A stretch of DNA of 22,070 nucleotides. Origin: Pseudomonadota bacterium (lineage in GTDB: Bacteria; Bdellovibrionota_B; Oligoflexia; Oligoflexales; RGVZ01). The DNA lies in NCBI GenBank assembly GCA_041178085.1, contig JBEGVZ010000127.1, positions 1 through 22,070 on the forward strand, written 5' to 3'. Positions 8,652 to 17,980 of the stretch are shown here, piece after piece (the first letter of the stretch is position 1; each line of letters begins with the position of its first letter). The position numbers and the translations under genes are program-made. The notes beneath the pieces are model-generated. The model saw only the letters and a program-made list of their open reading frames with translations. It did not search any database and was not told the DNA's origin.

Positions 8652-9359
8652 TTATGGCCCGCCAAGCAGATAGCGGACCATTATTTCCGGTGCTACAAGC
8701 GGCGCGAAGCCTGGCCGGTTGCCGGTAATTTGCCCAGCAATAAAGGTAAGTTGCGCCGACCAGGTCAGGGGTTCTTCGAGCATTGTGAACTGCATCCCGA
8801 ATGGAATGCGCGGGTAAATGCCCTCACTGAGGAGTTGTATGCCACCGCCGTGGTACCAGACCAACTTGCCGCGTGATGCTTGCCACTTACCTTTGTCCGG
8901 TGTGATCAGGCGATTCCAGTCTTCGTCATAAAGCCAGAGCATGTCGAGGCTCAGCACAGTGCCCGGTCGCGACTCCATGTCGAGTACGCTGATGCCCAGG
9001 TTCCATGCGTAGGCGCCTTCACCAATGTATTGTGCTCCCAATCCCATGTTGCCCCACATGCCGACCCGGCCCCCGACCGACCACATGCGCGGCTGCTGCA
9101 TCCGGCGAAAACTTTTTTTTCTGGGGGCGAGCAATTGTCCATCTGGACTGGCGTCATCGGCTTCGTTGGCTGGCTTCCCTCCGGTTGGCGGAGTCAGGGC
9201 ACCGCTTTCTTCGGCGGAGGCAGGTTGCTCGATTTCCGGTTCTTCGCCTTCGCGCGCCGGTCGTGGGAATGCCAAGGCAGTTCCGGCGTAAACAATTGCC
9301 AGACCTAGTGCAATTGCGTGAACCGTTGTTGCGCCAAGCATCCGTTGAATTCGCCTCAT
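8652..9359 (-). CDS. Exported protein with a probable small outer-membrane beta-barrel (235 aa)
   Basis: ATG 9359 with GGAGG (9371-9367). Signal peptide (…AGTALA-FP), acidic Pro-rich linker, amphipathic beta strands (WSVGGRVG, YAWNLGISV, LVWYHGGGIQL, PRIPFGMQF) and a terminal strand 'EIMVRYLL'. Confidence 0.65.
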   Translation of the reverse strand: MRRIQRMLGATTVHAIALGLAIVYAGTALAFPRPAREGEEPEIEQPASAEESGALTPPTGGKPANEADDASPDGQLLAPRKKSFRRMQQPRMWSVGGRVGMWGNMGLGAQYIGEGAYAWNLGISVLDMESRPGTVLSLDMLWLYDEDWNRLITPDKGKWQASRGKLVWYHGGGIQLLSEGIYPRIPFGMQFTMLEEPLTWSAQLTFIAGQITGNRPGFAPLVAPEIMVRYLLGGP

Positions 9360-9479
9360 TGGCAGTCCTCCCGTGCGCGCGTCGCACTGCTCCAGTCTAA
9401 GGGATGCCGCGCGTTGAAGGAATGGTTCTTGCTTTTCAACTTTCGCCTGGAGTGCACAAACGAGCGAAGGAGCGAGCCC

Positions 9480-9974
9480 ATGCAATTAGCGTCCGGACCG
9501 AAGAAATCACCGGCATCTCCCGTTTCCTCAAAGACTTCCAAAGCCATGACGCGCCATGTTTTGTGTGCCCTCCCCACTGACCGGATCGAAGATGCATGGC
9601 AACTCATGAAGGACATCCATTGCCGTCATCTGCCTGTCGTTGCAGAGGGCAAGCTGATCGGCATCGTGTCCGACCGCGACATCCTTTTGAGGGCCACCTA
9701 CGGTGATCACGGGATTTCTTTTCCTGACCTCAGGGTTTCCGATGTGATGACCACCCATGTGGTCAGTTGCAGGCCGTCTGCGCGCCTTTCTGCCGTTGCC
9801 GCCACGATGATCGAGAAAAACCTGGATTCGTTGCCTGTGACCGATGATGAGAACCACTTGCTCGGGATCATCACCAGCGCAGATTTGTTGAATGTGATGC
9901 AGAAGGACCAGACGGCCAATGGCGGCGGGGATACAGTCCTGGACATCTTGAGCACGCCAAAAAGCGAGGGTTGA
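9480..9974 (+). CDS. CBS-domain pair protein (164 aa)
   Basis: 'RHLPVVAEGKLIGIVSDRDI' and 'DSLPVTDDENHLLGIITSADLL'; ATG 9480 preceded by AGGAG (9468-9472). Confidence 0.9.
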   Translation: MQLASGPKKSPASPVSSKTSKAMTRHVLCALPTDRIEDAWQLMKDIHCRHLPVVAEGKLIGIVSDRDILLRATYGDHGISFPDLRVSDVMTTHVVSCRPSARLSAVAATMIEKNLDSLPVTDDENHLLGIITSADLLNVMQKDQTANGGGDTVLDILSTPKSEG

Positions 9975-10577
9975 TTGGATCCCCTTGAATTATATGCTCG
10001 CGCGCGTGACGGTGGTGCCTGGCTTGAGCTCGCAGCGGATGGCTGGCGTCTTGTCACGGGCCTGGTGTTGCTTGGCTTCGTGATCGTCCTGATCCTGATT
10101 GTGTCGACTCGTGCAGGGTCGTTTGCGGGCCAGCTCCTGTCAGCCTTGCGCAGGCCGGTTGCTGATCACCTTTTCATGCGGGTTTCCTTTCGCGGCCTCG
10201 GTCCCGGCCCGAAGGCTGTGGGCGAGAAACAAGCCTATCTGTCTGGTTTGCGGTCCCACCAGATCACGCTGTACGCGCATTTCCCGGCTTCCCCAGGTGA
10301 GGTGGCAAGGATCGAGCCGCCTGGGGTGAACATGGTGGTAACTGGCCTGCGTAAAGTCAGCGACGAGCCGCCGTGGTTCGCGATTGAAGCCGAGCCGCTT
10401 TTCCGCGATGATGGATCCAGGTCCAGATACAGGAAATTCATCGGCGGGATTTCAGATGTCACGTATCGTTACCGCGTCTTCCCTGACTCTCTCCCTCGTG
10501 TTGGCTTTTTGCCAGCACGGTTGTGGCCGCACTCAGATTGGCGGCCGCTCCCCTGGTGGAACCACGACCATTCTTGA
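9975..10577 (+). CDS. Hypothetical single-pass membrane protein
   Basis: TTG start directly after the CBS stop; one TM helix (LVTGLVLLGFVIVLILIV) then a small beta-rich region. The 3' end overlaps the next gene by 122 bp, so the C-terminus is uncertain. Confidence 0.55.
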   Translation: MDPLELYARARDGGAWLELAADGWRLVTGLVLLGFVIVLILIVSTRAGSFAGQLLSALRRPVADHLFMRVSFRGLGPGPKAVGEKQAYLSGLRSHQITLYAHFPASPGEVARIEPPGVNMVVTGLRKVSDEPPWFAIEAEPLFRDDGSRSRYRKFIGGISDVTYRYRVFPDSLPRVGFLPARLWPHSDWRPLPWWNHDHS

Positions 10578-11481
10578 TGACAACGTGAATGTCCAGGATG
10601 CAACTGCCTTCGGTGTCGCGACCAAAGCGGAAATCGACTCTGTTTTCTCTGAGTCGCGGGTCTTGGCGGACCTGACGGTTGGGCGGCTTTTTGATTTTGA
10701 TGAAAGCCTGCTCACAGGTGCCGACGTGGTGAACTTGAATGACGATGCATCGAAACCAGTCTTCTGTCAGGGTGAAGCCCCTCTACTGGACGAAGCCAAA
10801 GTGGAAACCAACCGCCTGACGCTGCGCTATGAGGCCGATGTCACCTCCTGCGCCCAGCAGCCAGCGACAAGTGCCTGGCTTGCGGGCAACAGCATACAGG
10901 TAGACAAGCAGATTGCTGCGATTGCCGTGACTTTCGCATGCAGCTCAAGAAATCTTGATACTTCTCTGGGTCAACGTTCTGTTCGTGCAATCATGGCGGC
11001 ACCAGCATCGTTTGCCTGTTCCGGTCGTGGGGACGCGGCAAGCTCCGGTCGTGCCTGGCGATTCGTCGCACGCACGGAGGGACGTTATGCTGGACCGCGG
11101 TCTGAGGTTCCCGTCGAGCAGCGGTACTGGCGGGGCTACGATGCGGGCGAGAATGGCCAGCCTTGTGTCCTTCAGAAGGGTCCCGGTGGGGTGGTGAGCC
11201 TTGGGGCATGCAGGGCCTATGAGCGCAGCGAATCCCGTAACCTCGTTGATGACTCGCGGTTGGGCCGGGTTTTGTTGGCCACCGCGACAGCCAGAAGGAG
11301 GTCGGGGAACCTTTTTGCGGATGGCAGCTTGAATGTCCGCTTCAACGGCTGGACAGGGACGGTTGCATTTGCTCCGCAAGATACTGATATTAAAGTGAAT
11401 ATGACCAGGCCAAGTGGCGAATGTGCCGGTTTCGTGATGCGACCGGTCATGGCAAATTTCGAGCCCTCAGACTGCCGCTGA
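10456..11481 (+). CDS. Hypothetical Cys-rich lipoprotein (341 aa)
   Basis: 'MSRIVTASSLTLSLVLAFCQHGC-GR' resembles a signal peptide II; eight further Cys in the mature part suggest disulfides. Confidence 0.65.
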   Translation: MSRIVTASSLTLSLVLAFCQHGCGRTQIGGRSPGGTTTILDDNVNVQDATAFGVATKAEIDSVFSESRVLADLTVGRLFDFDESLLTGADVVNLNDDASKPVFCQGEAPLLDEAKVETNRLTLRYEADVTSCAQQPATSAWLAGNSIQVDKQIAAIAVTFACSSRNLDTSLGQRSVRAIMAAPASFACSGRGDAASSGRAWRFVARTEGRYAGPRSEVPVEQRYWRGYDAGENGQPCVLQKGPGGVVSLGACRAYERSESRNLVDDSRLGRVLLATATARRRSGNLFADGSLNVRFNGWTGTVAFAPQDTDIKVNMTRPSGECAGFVMRPVMANFEPSDCR

Positions 11482-11501
11482 GGGTCCATTCATTAATATA
11501 C

Positions 11502-11531
11502 TTGACCTGTTTCATTGGTGGCCTTAATAAT
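11502..11531 (+). promoter_or_regulatory. Possible sigma70 promoter for the oxidoreductase-pdxH unit
   Basis: TTGACC (11502-11507), 17-18 nt spacer, TAATAAT (11525-11531), with AT-rich sequence upstream. Confidence 0.4.
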
Positions 11532-11564
11532 CGGTCCGGTTTTCATTAAAAGGAACCGTCGCCG

Positions 11565-13244
11565 ATGACCATCCGCCTGAAAGAGGTCGTGATACCCGCC
11601 GGGATCGAGCTGCCGCCTGATGCCTTGCAGCAGGCCGTGGTCAGCATGCTTGGCATTCCCCAGGTCAACCTCAAGGCAATGACCATCCTGAAGAAGTCTC
11701 TCGACGCCAGGCGCAAGGCGGCAATCGTTTACAAATACCAGGTAGACGTCGACGTTGAGGACGAAGACGCGGTTTTGTCCCACAATATGGCTGTCGCTGA
11801 GAAGTCCCCCGGTATCTCTGTCGCGGATCCCCTCGATGGTCTTGACCCGGGTGCGGTGCGGATGCGTCACAAACCCGTGATCATTGGTTCTGGGCCAGCC
11901 GGTATCTTCGCAGCGCTGACCATGGCCCTGGCTGGCCAGCCGTGTGTTGTCGTCGAACGTGGAGAATCTGTCGAAGGCCGCATGCGCACGGTCAATCGCC
12001 TGCGCCGCAGCGGCAAGTTTGAAGGTGAAAGCAACTACTGCTTTGGTGAAGGTGGTGCAGGGACTTTCTCGGACGGCAAGCTTACTTGCGGCAAGAATCA
12101 TCCGTTGATCCGTCATGTGTTCGAGCAATTTGTCCGTCACGGAGCCCCGGCGGATATCCTTTACGACGCCAAGCCCCATATCGGCACGGATTTTTTGATG
12201 CGGGTCGCCTGGAACATGCGTCAGCACTTGAAAGCGCTGGGCACGGAATTTCATTTCGGGCGTCGTTTTGTCGACTTGCGCGCGGGAGGCGAATCAGCCA
12301 AGTGGCTGGTCAAACTTGATGACGGACGGGAGCTGCCAACGGATCATCTTGTGATCGCGATTGGCCATTCGGCGCGCGACACTTACCAGATGCTCTTCGA
12401 TAAGGGTCTGGCCATGGTGCCCAAGCCCTTTGCCATGGGTGCGCGCATCGAGCATCCGCAGGAACAAATCAATCGTATCCAGTTCGGAACATGCGTCCTT
12501 GGGCACGCTGCCGAATACAAACTGGCGGCGCAGGTGGAAGGGACGCCCCATCCCGGGGGCGGGCTCAACCCCCAGCAAACACCTTCCGGCTCTTCGCGCG
12601 GAATCTGGACGTTTTGCATGTGCCCTGGCGGACACTTGATGCCGACCGGTGCGCAGCCCGGTCACCTGGCAATCAACGGTATGAGCTACCACGGACGAAA
12701 GAGCGGTTTTGCCAATGCCGCGGTCGTGGTCAACGTCCTGCGTGAGGATTTCTTCCGTGGCCACGTCCTTGACGGCATGCATTTCCAGGCCGCGCTTGAG
12801 CGCAAGGCTTTCGCTGCCGGCGGCGGCAGTTACCATGCGCCTGCCCAGCGGCTGGTCGACTTCATGAAGGGGCGCGAATCGAAGGGCGTGTTGAATTCCA
12901 CCTACAAGCCCGGGATTACCAACCACCGCATGGACCAGTTGTTGCCTGATTTCATTGTCAGTGCCCTGCGCGGCGCGATGAGTGAATACAACAAGACGAT
13001 GCGTGGATACCTGTCGCCAGAGGCGATTGTTGTCGGTCTTGAATCCAAGACGTCGGCGCCGGTGTCCATGGTTCGCGACCGCAACCTCCAGTCCGTCAGC
13101 CACCCCGGTGTGTTCCCTGCCGGTGAAGGGGCTGGTTTTGCCGGTGGGATCGTGAGTGCGGCACTTGATGGTGTGCGCATCGGCCGGGCGGTCCTTGACG
13201 ACTGTGCGCGTGAATCTGTAGCGCTTCCAGCCTGGATCCATTAA
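11565..13244 (+). CDS. Uncharacterised NAD(P)/FAD-dependent oxidoreductase (COG2509-like)
   Basis: 'PVIIGSGPAGIFAA' Rossmann motif, 'FGEGGAGTFSDGKL', 'PHIGTD', 'TFCMCPGG', 'PAGEGAGFAGGIVSAALDG'. Confidence 0.9.
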   Translation: MTIRLKEVVIPAGIELPPDALQQAVVSMLGIPQVNLKAMTILKKSLDARRKAAIVYKYQVDVDVEDEDAVLSHNMAVAEKSPGISVADPLDGLDPGAVRMRHKPVIIGSGPAGIFAALTMALAGQPCVVVERGESVEGRMRTVNRLRRSGKFEGESNYCFGEGGAGTFSDGKLTCGKNHPLIRHVFEQFVRHGAPADILYDAKPHIGTDFLMRVAWNMRQHLKALGTEFHFGRRFVDLRAGGESAKWLVKLDDGRELPTDHLVIAIGHSARDTYQMLFDKGLAMVPKPFAMGARIEHPQEQINRIQFGTCVLGHAAEYKLAAQVEGTPHPGGGLNPQQTPSGSSRGIWTFCMCPGGHLMPTGAQPGHLAINGMSYHGRKSGFANAAVVVNVLREDFFRGHVLDGMHFQAALERKAFAAGGGSYHAPAQRLVDFMKGRESKGVLNSTYKPGITNHRMDQLLPDFIVSALRGAMSEYNKTMRGYLSPEAIVVGLESKTSAPVSMVRDRNLQSVSHPGVFPAGEGAGFAGGIVSAALDGVRIGRAVLDDCARESVALPAWIH

Positions 13245-13286
13245 ACAATTCTGTGTCTTGCCAAACGCAGGCTGGAGGCTTTTATC

Positions 13287-13913
13287 GTGTCCGCTATGGC
13301 CCAAGGTTCCCGTGAAATCCGTGATCCATTTGAATGGTTTGACACTTGGTTCAAGGACGGGCTTGCCACTGGCCTTGAGAATGCAGACGCCATGACCCTT
13401 TCCACCATCGCACTCGATGGCCGCCCCTCTTCAAGGATTGTTTTGCTGAAGGCTGTCGAAGAGGGTCGTTTTTGCTTCTTCACGAATTACGACAGCCGCA
13501 AGGCGCGTGAGATGTCGGCGAATCCTTTTGTGACTTTGACTTTCCTGTGGCCGACGCTCAATCGCCAGGTCCGCGTTGAGGGCCGCGTCGATAAACTCCC
13601 CCGGGAGCGCTCGGAGGCCTATTTTGCTACCCGCCCGCGCGGCAGCCAGATCGGTGCATGGGCGAGTTCTCAAAGTAGCCGTATCAATGCATATTCTGAC
13701 CTTGAGGCACGTGTGCGAGAGTACGAGGCGAAGTTCAAGGACCAGGTGGTTCCATGTCCCCCGAACTGGGGTGGGTACGGCGTCCTTCCTGCACGTATTG
13801 AATTCTGGACCGGCAAGCCCAGTCGCCTGCACGAACGCATGGTTTACGAACGCGGGCAAAAATCTGTTGATGCGCATGAAGCCGCGTGGTCAACCCACCT
13901 GCTTTCGCCCTGA
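13287..13913 (+). CDS. pdxH: Pyridoxamine/pyridoxine 5'-phosphate oxidase
   Basis: 'RIVLLK', 'FFTNYDSRKA', 'RQVRVEG', 'YFATRPRGSQIGAWAS', 'IEFWTGKPSRLHER'; GGAGG at 13274-13278. Confidence 0.96.
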   Translation: MSAMAQGSREIRDPFEWFDTWFKDGLATGLENADAMTLSTIALDGRPSSRIVLLKAVEEGRFCFFTNYDSRKAREMSANPFVTLTFLWPTLNRQVRVEGRVDKLPRERSEAYFATRPRGSQIGAWASSQSSRINAYSDLEARVREYEAKFKDQVVPCPPNWGGYGVLPARIEFWTGKPSRLHERMVYERGQKSVDAHEAAWSTHLLSP

Positions 13914-15311
13914 TGTAGCCCGGGCGCGTCGGCGTTCAAGGATCCGGCGGACTTTAACGACCTGGTTGTCGTCAAGCCGCATGCCCAGTGACAGCAGTGC
14001 TCCAGCGATGAAGAAAAAAGCTACGCCGGGACCAAACACCAGGGCGATGCGCCAAGACACTTCGTCAGTCTGTGTTGTGTTTGGCTGGAAGCCGATCGCG
14101 GACAGTATGATTCCCGAAAAGGCGACGGCAAGCGCCCGTGCAGCCTTTGCCCCCATCTTCCATATGCCAAAGTAAAGGCCTGCGCGGTTGCTTCCGTATT
14201 TGACTTCGTCGTAGTCAACGACGTCTACCAGCCAGGCATCGAGCAGCAGGATTGAGCCAACAAAGATTCCACCCAGAATTCCTGCAATCGCTGGTCCGGC
14301 AAGACTGCCCGGTTGAAACAGTGGATAACCTGTGGCGGTCATGATGCCAAGACCAGCCGTACCTGCGAAAAGAGGCCACTTCTTGCCAAAGCGGTTGGCC
14401 ACTGTGATCCAGCCAATGAGCCCGATGGTGAAGACCACCATGAAAAAAGCGATGATCTTCTGGGTATCGGCTTCGCCCAGTTGAAGGCGATATTTGTAGT
14501 AATAAAATGCAAAACTCGAATTGATGTTCACGCCGACGGTTGCGATCAAGTAGGCCGCAAACAAGGTAATGAAAGGCTTGTTGCGAAGGAGTGACTTGAT
14601 GCCTCCAAGGTAACCTTTTCTTTTGTGGTCTGCCTTCGGTTCCTTGATGTTGAATGATGCGGATGCGTGGTCAGGCCCTGGTTTGTCCGCCCCGCGCGTG
14701 GCAAGGAAGCAAATTGCTGCTGTGACCACAATGATCACCCCAATAAAGCCGGCAGCAGCAACGTGGGCGGACGCTTTCGCTGTTGCTGAACCGTCTCCCA
14801 GTTGAACAAGGATGATCCCGGGCACAACCGTACCCAGAATCGCGCCGATATTTCCTGAAACCAGCCGCCATGCGTAAATCTCCGTGACCTGGTTGCGATC
14901 TGGCGTCAGTTCACTACCGAGTGCGGCATGCGGGATTGAGATGACGGTCATGGCTGTGTTGAGCAGCATGTAGGAGCCCAGCAGGAACAGGAATTTGCCG
15001 GTCTGGGTGTCGAGCTGCGGCGGATTAAACAGCAATACCAGCGAAGCACCCAGAAAAACTGCGCCCGCTGCAATGTAAGGTCGTCGCCGCCCGAAGCGGC
15101 TTCGGGTGTGATCGCTGATCATGCCCATGAGGGGGTCGGTGATGGCATCCCAAACGATGGCGAGCGCAGCGGCATATCCGGCAAGGCGCGGCTCCAGGCC
15201 GACGATATCGGTGTAAAAGATCAGCAGGTAGAGCCGGATCAAGACTTCGCTGGCTGTGATACCGGTTTCCGCAATGCCGTATCCTGCCTTCACAGCCCTT
15301 GATGGGTTCAT
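13890..15311 (-). CDS. MFS transporter, glycoside-pentoside-hexuronide (MelB/GPH) family
   Basis: 'WDAITDPLMGMISDHTRSRFGRRRPY', 'DVVDYDEVKYGSNRAGLYFG', about 12 hydrophobic segments. Confidence 0.9.
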   Translation of the reverse strand: MNPSRAVKAGYGIAETGITASEVLIRLYLLIFYTDIVGLEPRLAGYAAALAIVWDAITDPLMGMISDHTRSRFGRRRPYIAAGAVFLGASLVLLFNPPQLDTQTGKFLFLLGSYMLLNTAMTVISIPHAALGSELTPDRNQVTEIYAWRLVSGNIGAILGTVVPGIILVQLGDGSATAKASAHVAAAGFIGVIIVVTAAICFLATRGADKPGPDHASASFNIKEPKADHKRKGYLGGIKSLLRNKPFITLFAAYLIATVGVNINSSFAFYYYKYRLQLGEADTQKIIAFFMVVFTIGLIGWITVANRFGKKWPLFAGTAGLGIMTATGYPLFQPGSLAGPAIAGILGGIFVGSILLLDAWLVDVVDYDEVKYGSNRAGLYFGIWKMGAKAARALAVAFSGIILSAIGFQPNTTQTDEVSWRIALVFGPGVAFFFIAGALLSLGMRLDDNQVVKVRRILERRRARATSGRKQVG

Positions 15312-15703
15312 CTTACAAACTCAGTGATCGCGTGCTGGTCATCCTTGGTGCCGAACTTCTGATCGGGGCCGGCCGAGTAAATGATGATCGTGTTTTTTTC
15401 GAGCCGCATGCGCAGCTCGGTTCCCCAATAGTCCTTCGCCGGGTCGCCGATGTTTTTCTTGCCGATCTTCACGAGTTTACGGACGGTTTCCTTGAAAATC
15501 TTCGGGTCTTCGATCTTGGGCGGATTTTCATCGATCATTGCCAGTTCGAGGGCATGGGCGACCATACCAATGCGCTGGCTGTTGACCACGCTTTCGATGC
15601 TGGTAACGAAGCCTTTCAGCTTGTCGGTGATCACATCCTTGTTCTCGTATCCCTTGTAGCTGATGCCGCTCGCAAGAGCGATTGGGAGGAGGCGCTCAAT
15701 CAT
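15308..15703 (-). CDS. GspG/pseudopilin C-terminal-domain-like protein with no class III signal
   Basis: 'DPAKDYWGTELRM…IIYSAGPDQKFGTKDD' matches the T2SS GspG C-terminal motif (DPWG…SxGPDxxxGTxDD). No G|FTLxE site. Confidence 0.7.
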   Translation of the reverse strand: MIERLLPIALASGISYKGYENKDVITDKLKGFVTSIESVVNSQRIGMVAHALELAMIDENPPKIEDPKIFKETVRKLVKIGKKNIGDPAKDYWGTELRMRLEKNTIIIYSAGPDQKFGTKDDQHAITEFVR

Positions 15704-17820
15704 GCAGCACCCCGCTTTCCAATGGTTTCGTTGATTTTTTGCTGGTTGCTTGTGATGTTGCCCAGCAAGATCGCGACAACGGCGTTGGTCGAGCTTGCCC
15801 TGATAAACGCCTCGCGGTCGATTTCAAAACAAGTCGTGACGGATTTTGTCAAAACGGTCGCGGATCGAGCGGAGTTCTTTAGCAGGGCAGTCGACCCAAT
15901 AAGGCCACCGCGGCTGATGGACTCCGCGACGGTTTTCCCATCGATCTTGACATCAACAGTTCCTGATTCGATCAAGAATGCGGCATGTGCGGTGTCTTCC
16001 CCTTGCCGGATGATTTCTGTTCCGGCTGGGTAGGACGTGAATTTTCCTGCGTAAGCCAGGCTGAATGTCTGCTTTGGCGTCAGGTAAGACAAAGCCGCTG
16101 ATTCCTGCAGCAACTTGATCGCACGCAGCAGATCAGGCAGTCCGTTTGCGGGAGGATTCGTGCCAAGGACGACGAGTGCCTGCTGAACGACTTCGTCACC
16201 AATTTCCAGGAGGACGCATTTGCTCGTCGCCGTCAGGCCACCAGGTATTGCAGCGACCGTCAAGCAATCCCCGGCGGTATACGTTAAACCGGAGGAGTTG
16301 TCGCGAAGTTGGCCTGCAATCAGGAGTAGGATTCCATTTTGCCCGTCGCCTCCGTCCCTGAACTGCAGCAGGCTTCCTTTTGACAGTTTTCGAAACTTGG
16401 GGTTCCCGGCGATTTTTGCGACGGTTTCCTCGTTGGCAAAGGCCATGACGGGTAATTTTTTAATCGCCTTCTTGAATGATTCCGGGTTGAAAGCCCTGTC
16501 CAGACGCATCAACGCTTCGGGTCTGAACCTCTTGATCGGAAGTGAGGCAAGGCTGGCAAAATTTTCGAACGGTATTGCGATCATTTTAACCAGACCACCA
16601 ATCACGGTCGTCGCCATCACAGCAAGCCAGGCAATCGCAGCCAGTTGGTCAGCAAGCTCTTTCCAGCCACCGGCCAATGGCGAAGTAATGCTCAGATCCG
16701 CAGCTTTTATTCCCAGCGCCATCACGCTTGAGTTGAGCAGTTCGGCTGTCATGAGGGTAAGCCCCGTCAGCCAAAGCATCATGGCTGACGAGAGCAAGCC
16801 TTGTCCGAGGGTCGCTTTCTGGTCAAAACGAAGTAGCCCGCGGCGCATGAATTCGCGCGTTTTCTCCAGCAAGTCAGGTTCTCTCGCCCATGCCTCCATC
16901 ACTGCCACCAATTGACCACGATCAGCGGGATTGATTTCGCTCAACCCGATGACTGCAAATGACATGGCTGCGGCAAGCAACGATTGGCTGTTGAAGGTTC
17001 CTGCAGCCCAAGCGGTCAGGCAGAAGCCAATCCAGGGAACCATCAGTGCAACCAGCCTGACGCGAATCTCTGCTCTCCTGCTTAAAAGATCGATGGGTTG
17101 GCTCTGGAATTCGGCTACGAGGAACAGCCAGGCCCGCACTGCGAAGGTGAAGCGTGGTTCCTCTTTGATTGTTTCGGGGCTCGTCGCCCAGGTGATCCAT
17201 CCGACGACAAAGCTCTGGATGGCCGACGCGGCGAGAATCCCAAACCATAACTTCACCAGCGTTGCGGCTGGGGTTTCCAGTAGAGACATCGCTGTCGCCA
17301 GCGACAGAGTGTTGCCCTTGACGGCGACCAGAAACAGGCAGATCAGTGCAGTGCCGATGACGGCAGGAAACAAGTCGTTGTCGACCATGCCAGATGCAAG
17401 ACGCCTGGCGTTTGTCCGGACACTCACGGCCCGGCGGTGGCGGCTGTGGGTGCTTACGGGCTCTTTTCTGGTTTGTTGTGCAAGAATCTCCACGCTTTTC
17501 ATCAAATCTTCGTGAGCGATTTTCTCCAGAAGGTCGTTTTCATGCAGGCGCAGGATCAGGTCGACGAGCATCTGTAAATCGGCGGCTGCGGTGAGGGATC
17601 CAAACTGCGCTTGGAGGACTTCCTGAACGCCGTGCTGCCGGATTTGCTGAACCCAGTGTGCTTCCTGAAGTGTCAGATCGATCACTGACCCGCCATGAGC
17701 ACCACGAATGGCAAATTCAGATCCCTCGTCGTCCCTGGCGACAACAATCGTGGCGCGCATGTGTTTTGTGCCGTCAAGGTACATTGGCCAGTTTGACGGC
17801 GACGGATGCTGGTGGGTCAC
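15700..17820 (-). CDS. Multi-pass membrane protein with two C-terminal cyclic-nucleotide-binding domains and a degenerate M50-peptidase-like membrane region
   Basis: The C-terminal domain 'YPAGTEIIRQGED…FLIESGTVDV…GGLIGSTALLKNSARSATV' is a cNMP fold, preceded by a more degenerate copy; about 6-7 TM segments. Start uncertain (GTG 17820 with GGAGAG, or ATG 17835). Confidence 0.75.
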   Translation of the reverse strand: MTHQHPSPSNWPMYLDGTKHMRATIVVARDDEGSEFAIRGAHGGSVIDLTLQEAHWVQQIRQHGVQEVLQAQFGSLTAAADLQMLVDLILRLHENDLLEKIAHEDLMKSVEILAQQTRKEPVSTHSRHRRAVSVRTNARRLASGMVDNDLFPAVIGTALICLFLVAVKGNTLSLATAMSLLETPAATLVKLWFGILAASAIQSFVVGWITWATSPETIKEEPRFTFAVRAWLFLVAEFQSQPIDLLSRRAEIRVRLVALMVPWIGFCLTAWAAGTFNSQSLLAAAMSFAVIGLSEINPADRGQLVAVMEAWAREPDLLEKTREFMRRGLLRFDQKATLGQGLLSSAMMLWLTGLTLMTAELLNSSVMALGIKAADLSITSPLAGGWKELADQLAAIAWLAVMATTVIGGLVKMIAIPFENFASLASLPIKRFRPEALMRLDRAFNPESFKKAIKKLPVMAFANEETVAKIAGNPKFRKLSKGSLLQFRDGGDGQNGILLLIAGQLRDNSSGLTYTAGDCLTVAAIPGGLTATSKCVLLEIGDEVVQQALVVLGTNPPANGLPDLLRAIKLLQESAALSYLTPKQTFSLAYAGKFTSYPAGTEIIRQGEDTAHAAFLIESGTVDVKIDGKTVAESISRGGLIGSTALLKNSARSATVLTKSVTTCFEIDREAFIRASSTNAVVAILLGNITSNQQKINETIGKRGAA

Positions 17821-17980
17821 GCCAACTCTCTCCATGGGTCGAAGCTTGGGGACGTATCCTGATCTTTCCTTTGTTTTTATTCGGCAGCGGGCAGAATTAC
17901 TGGAGCCCAGAAGCCGTCCAGGTCCGTTCAAAGAATGGGTTTTTCCATAAAAAATCAATAAAAACGGTATTTTAAGGCTT

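Noticed and set aside
9318..9485. Overlapping divergent ORF starts (9318+ and 9485-)
   Set aside because: SD-supported starts at 9359 (-) and 9480 (+) leave an ordinary 120-bp divergent intergenic region.
17836..17958. N-terminal extension of the 752-aa ORF
   Set aside because: AT-rich, promoter-like sequence next to a terminator; better-supported starts lie at 17835 or 17820.
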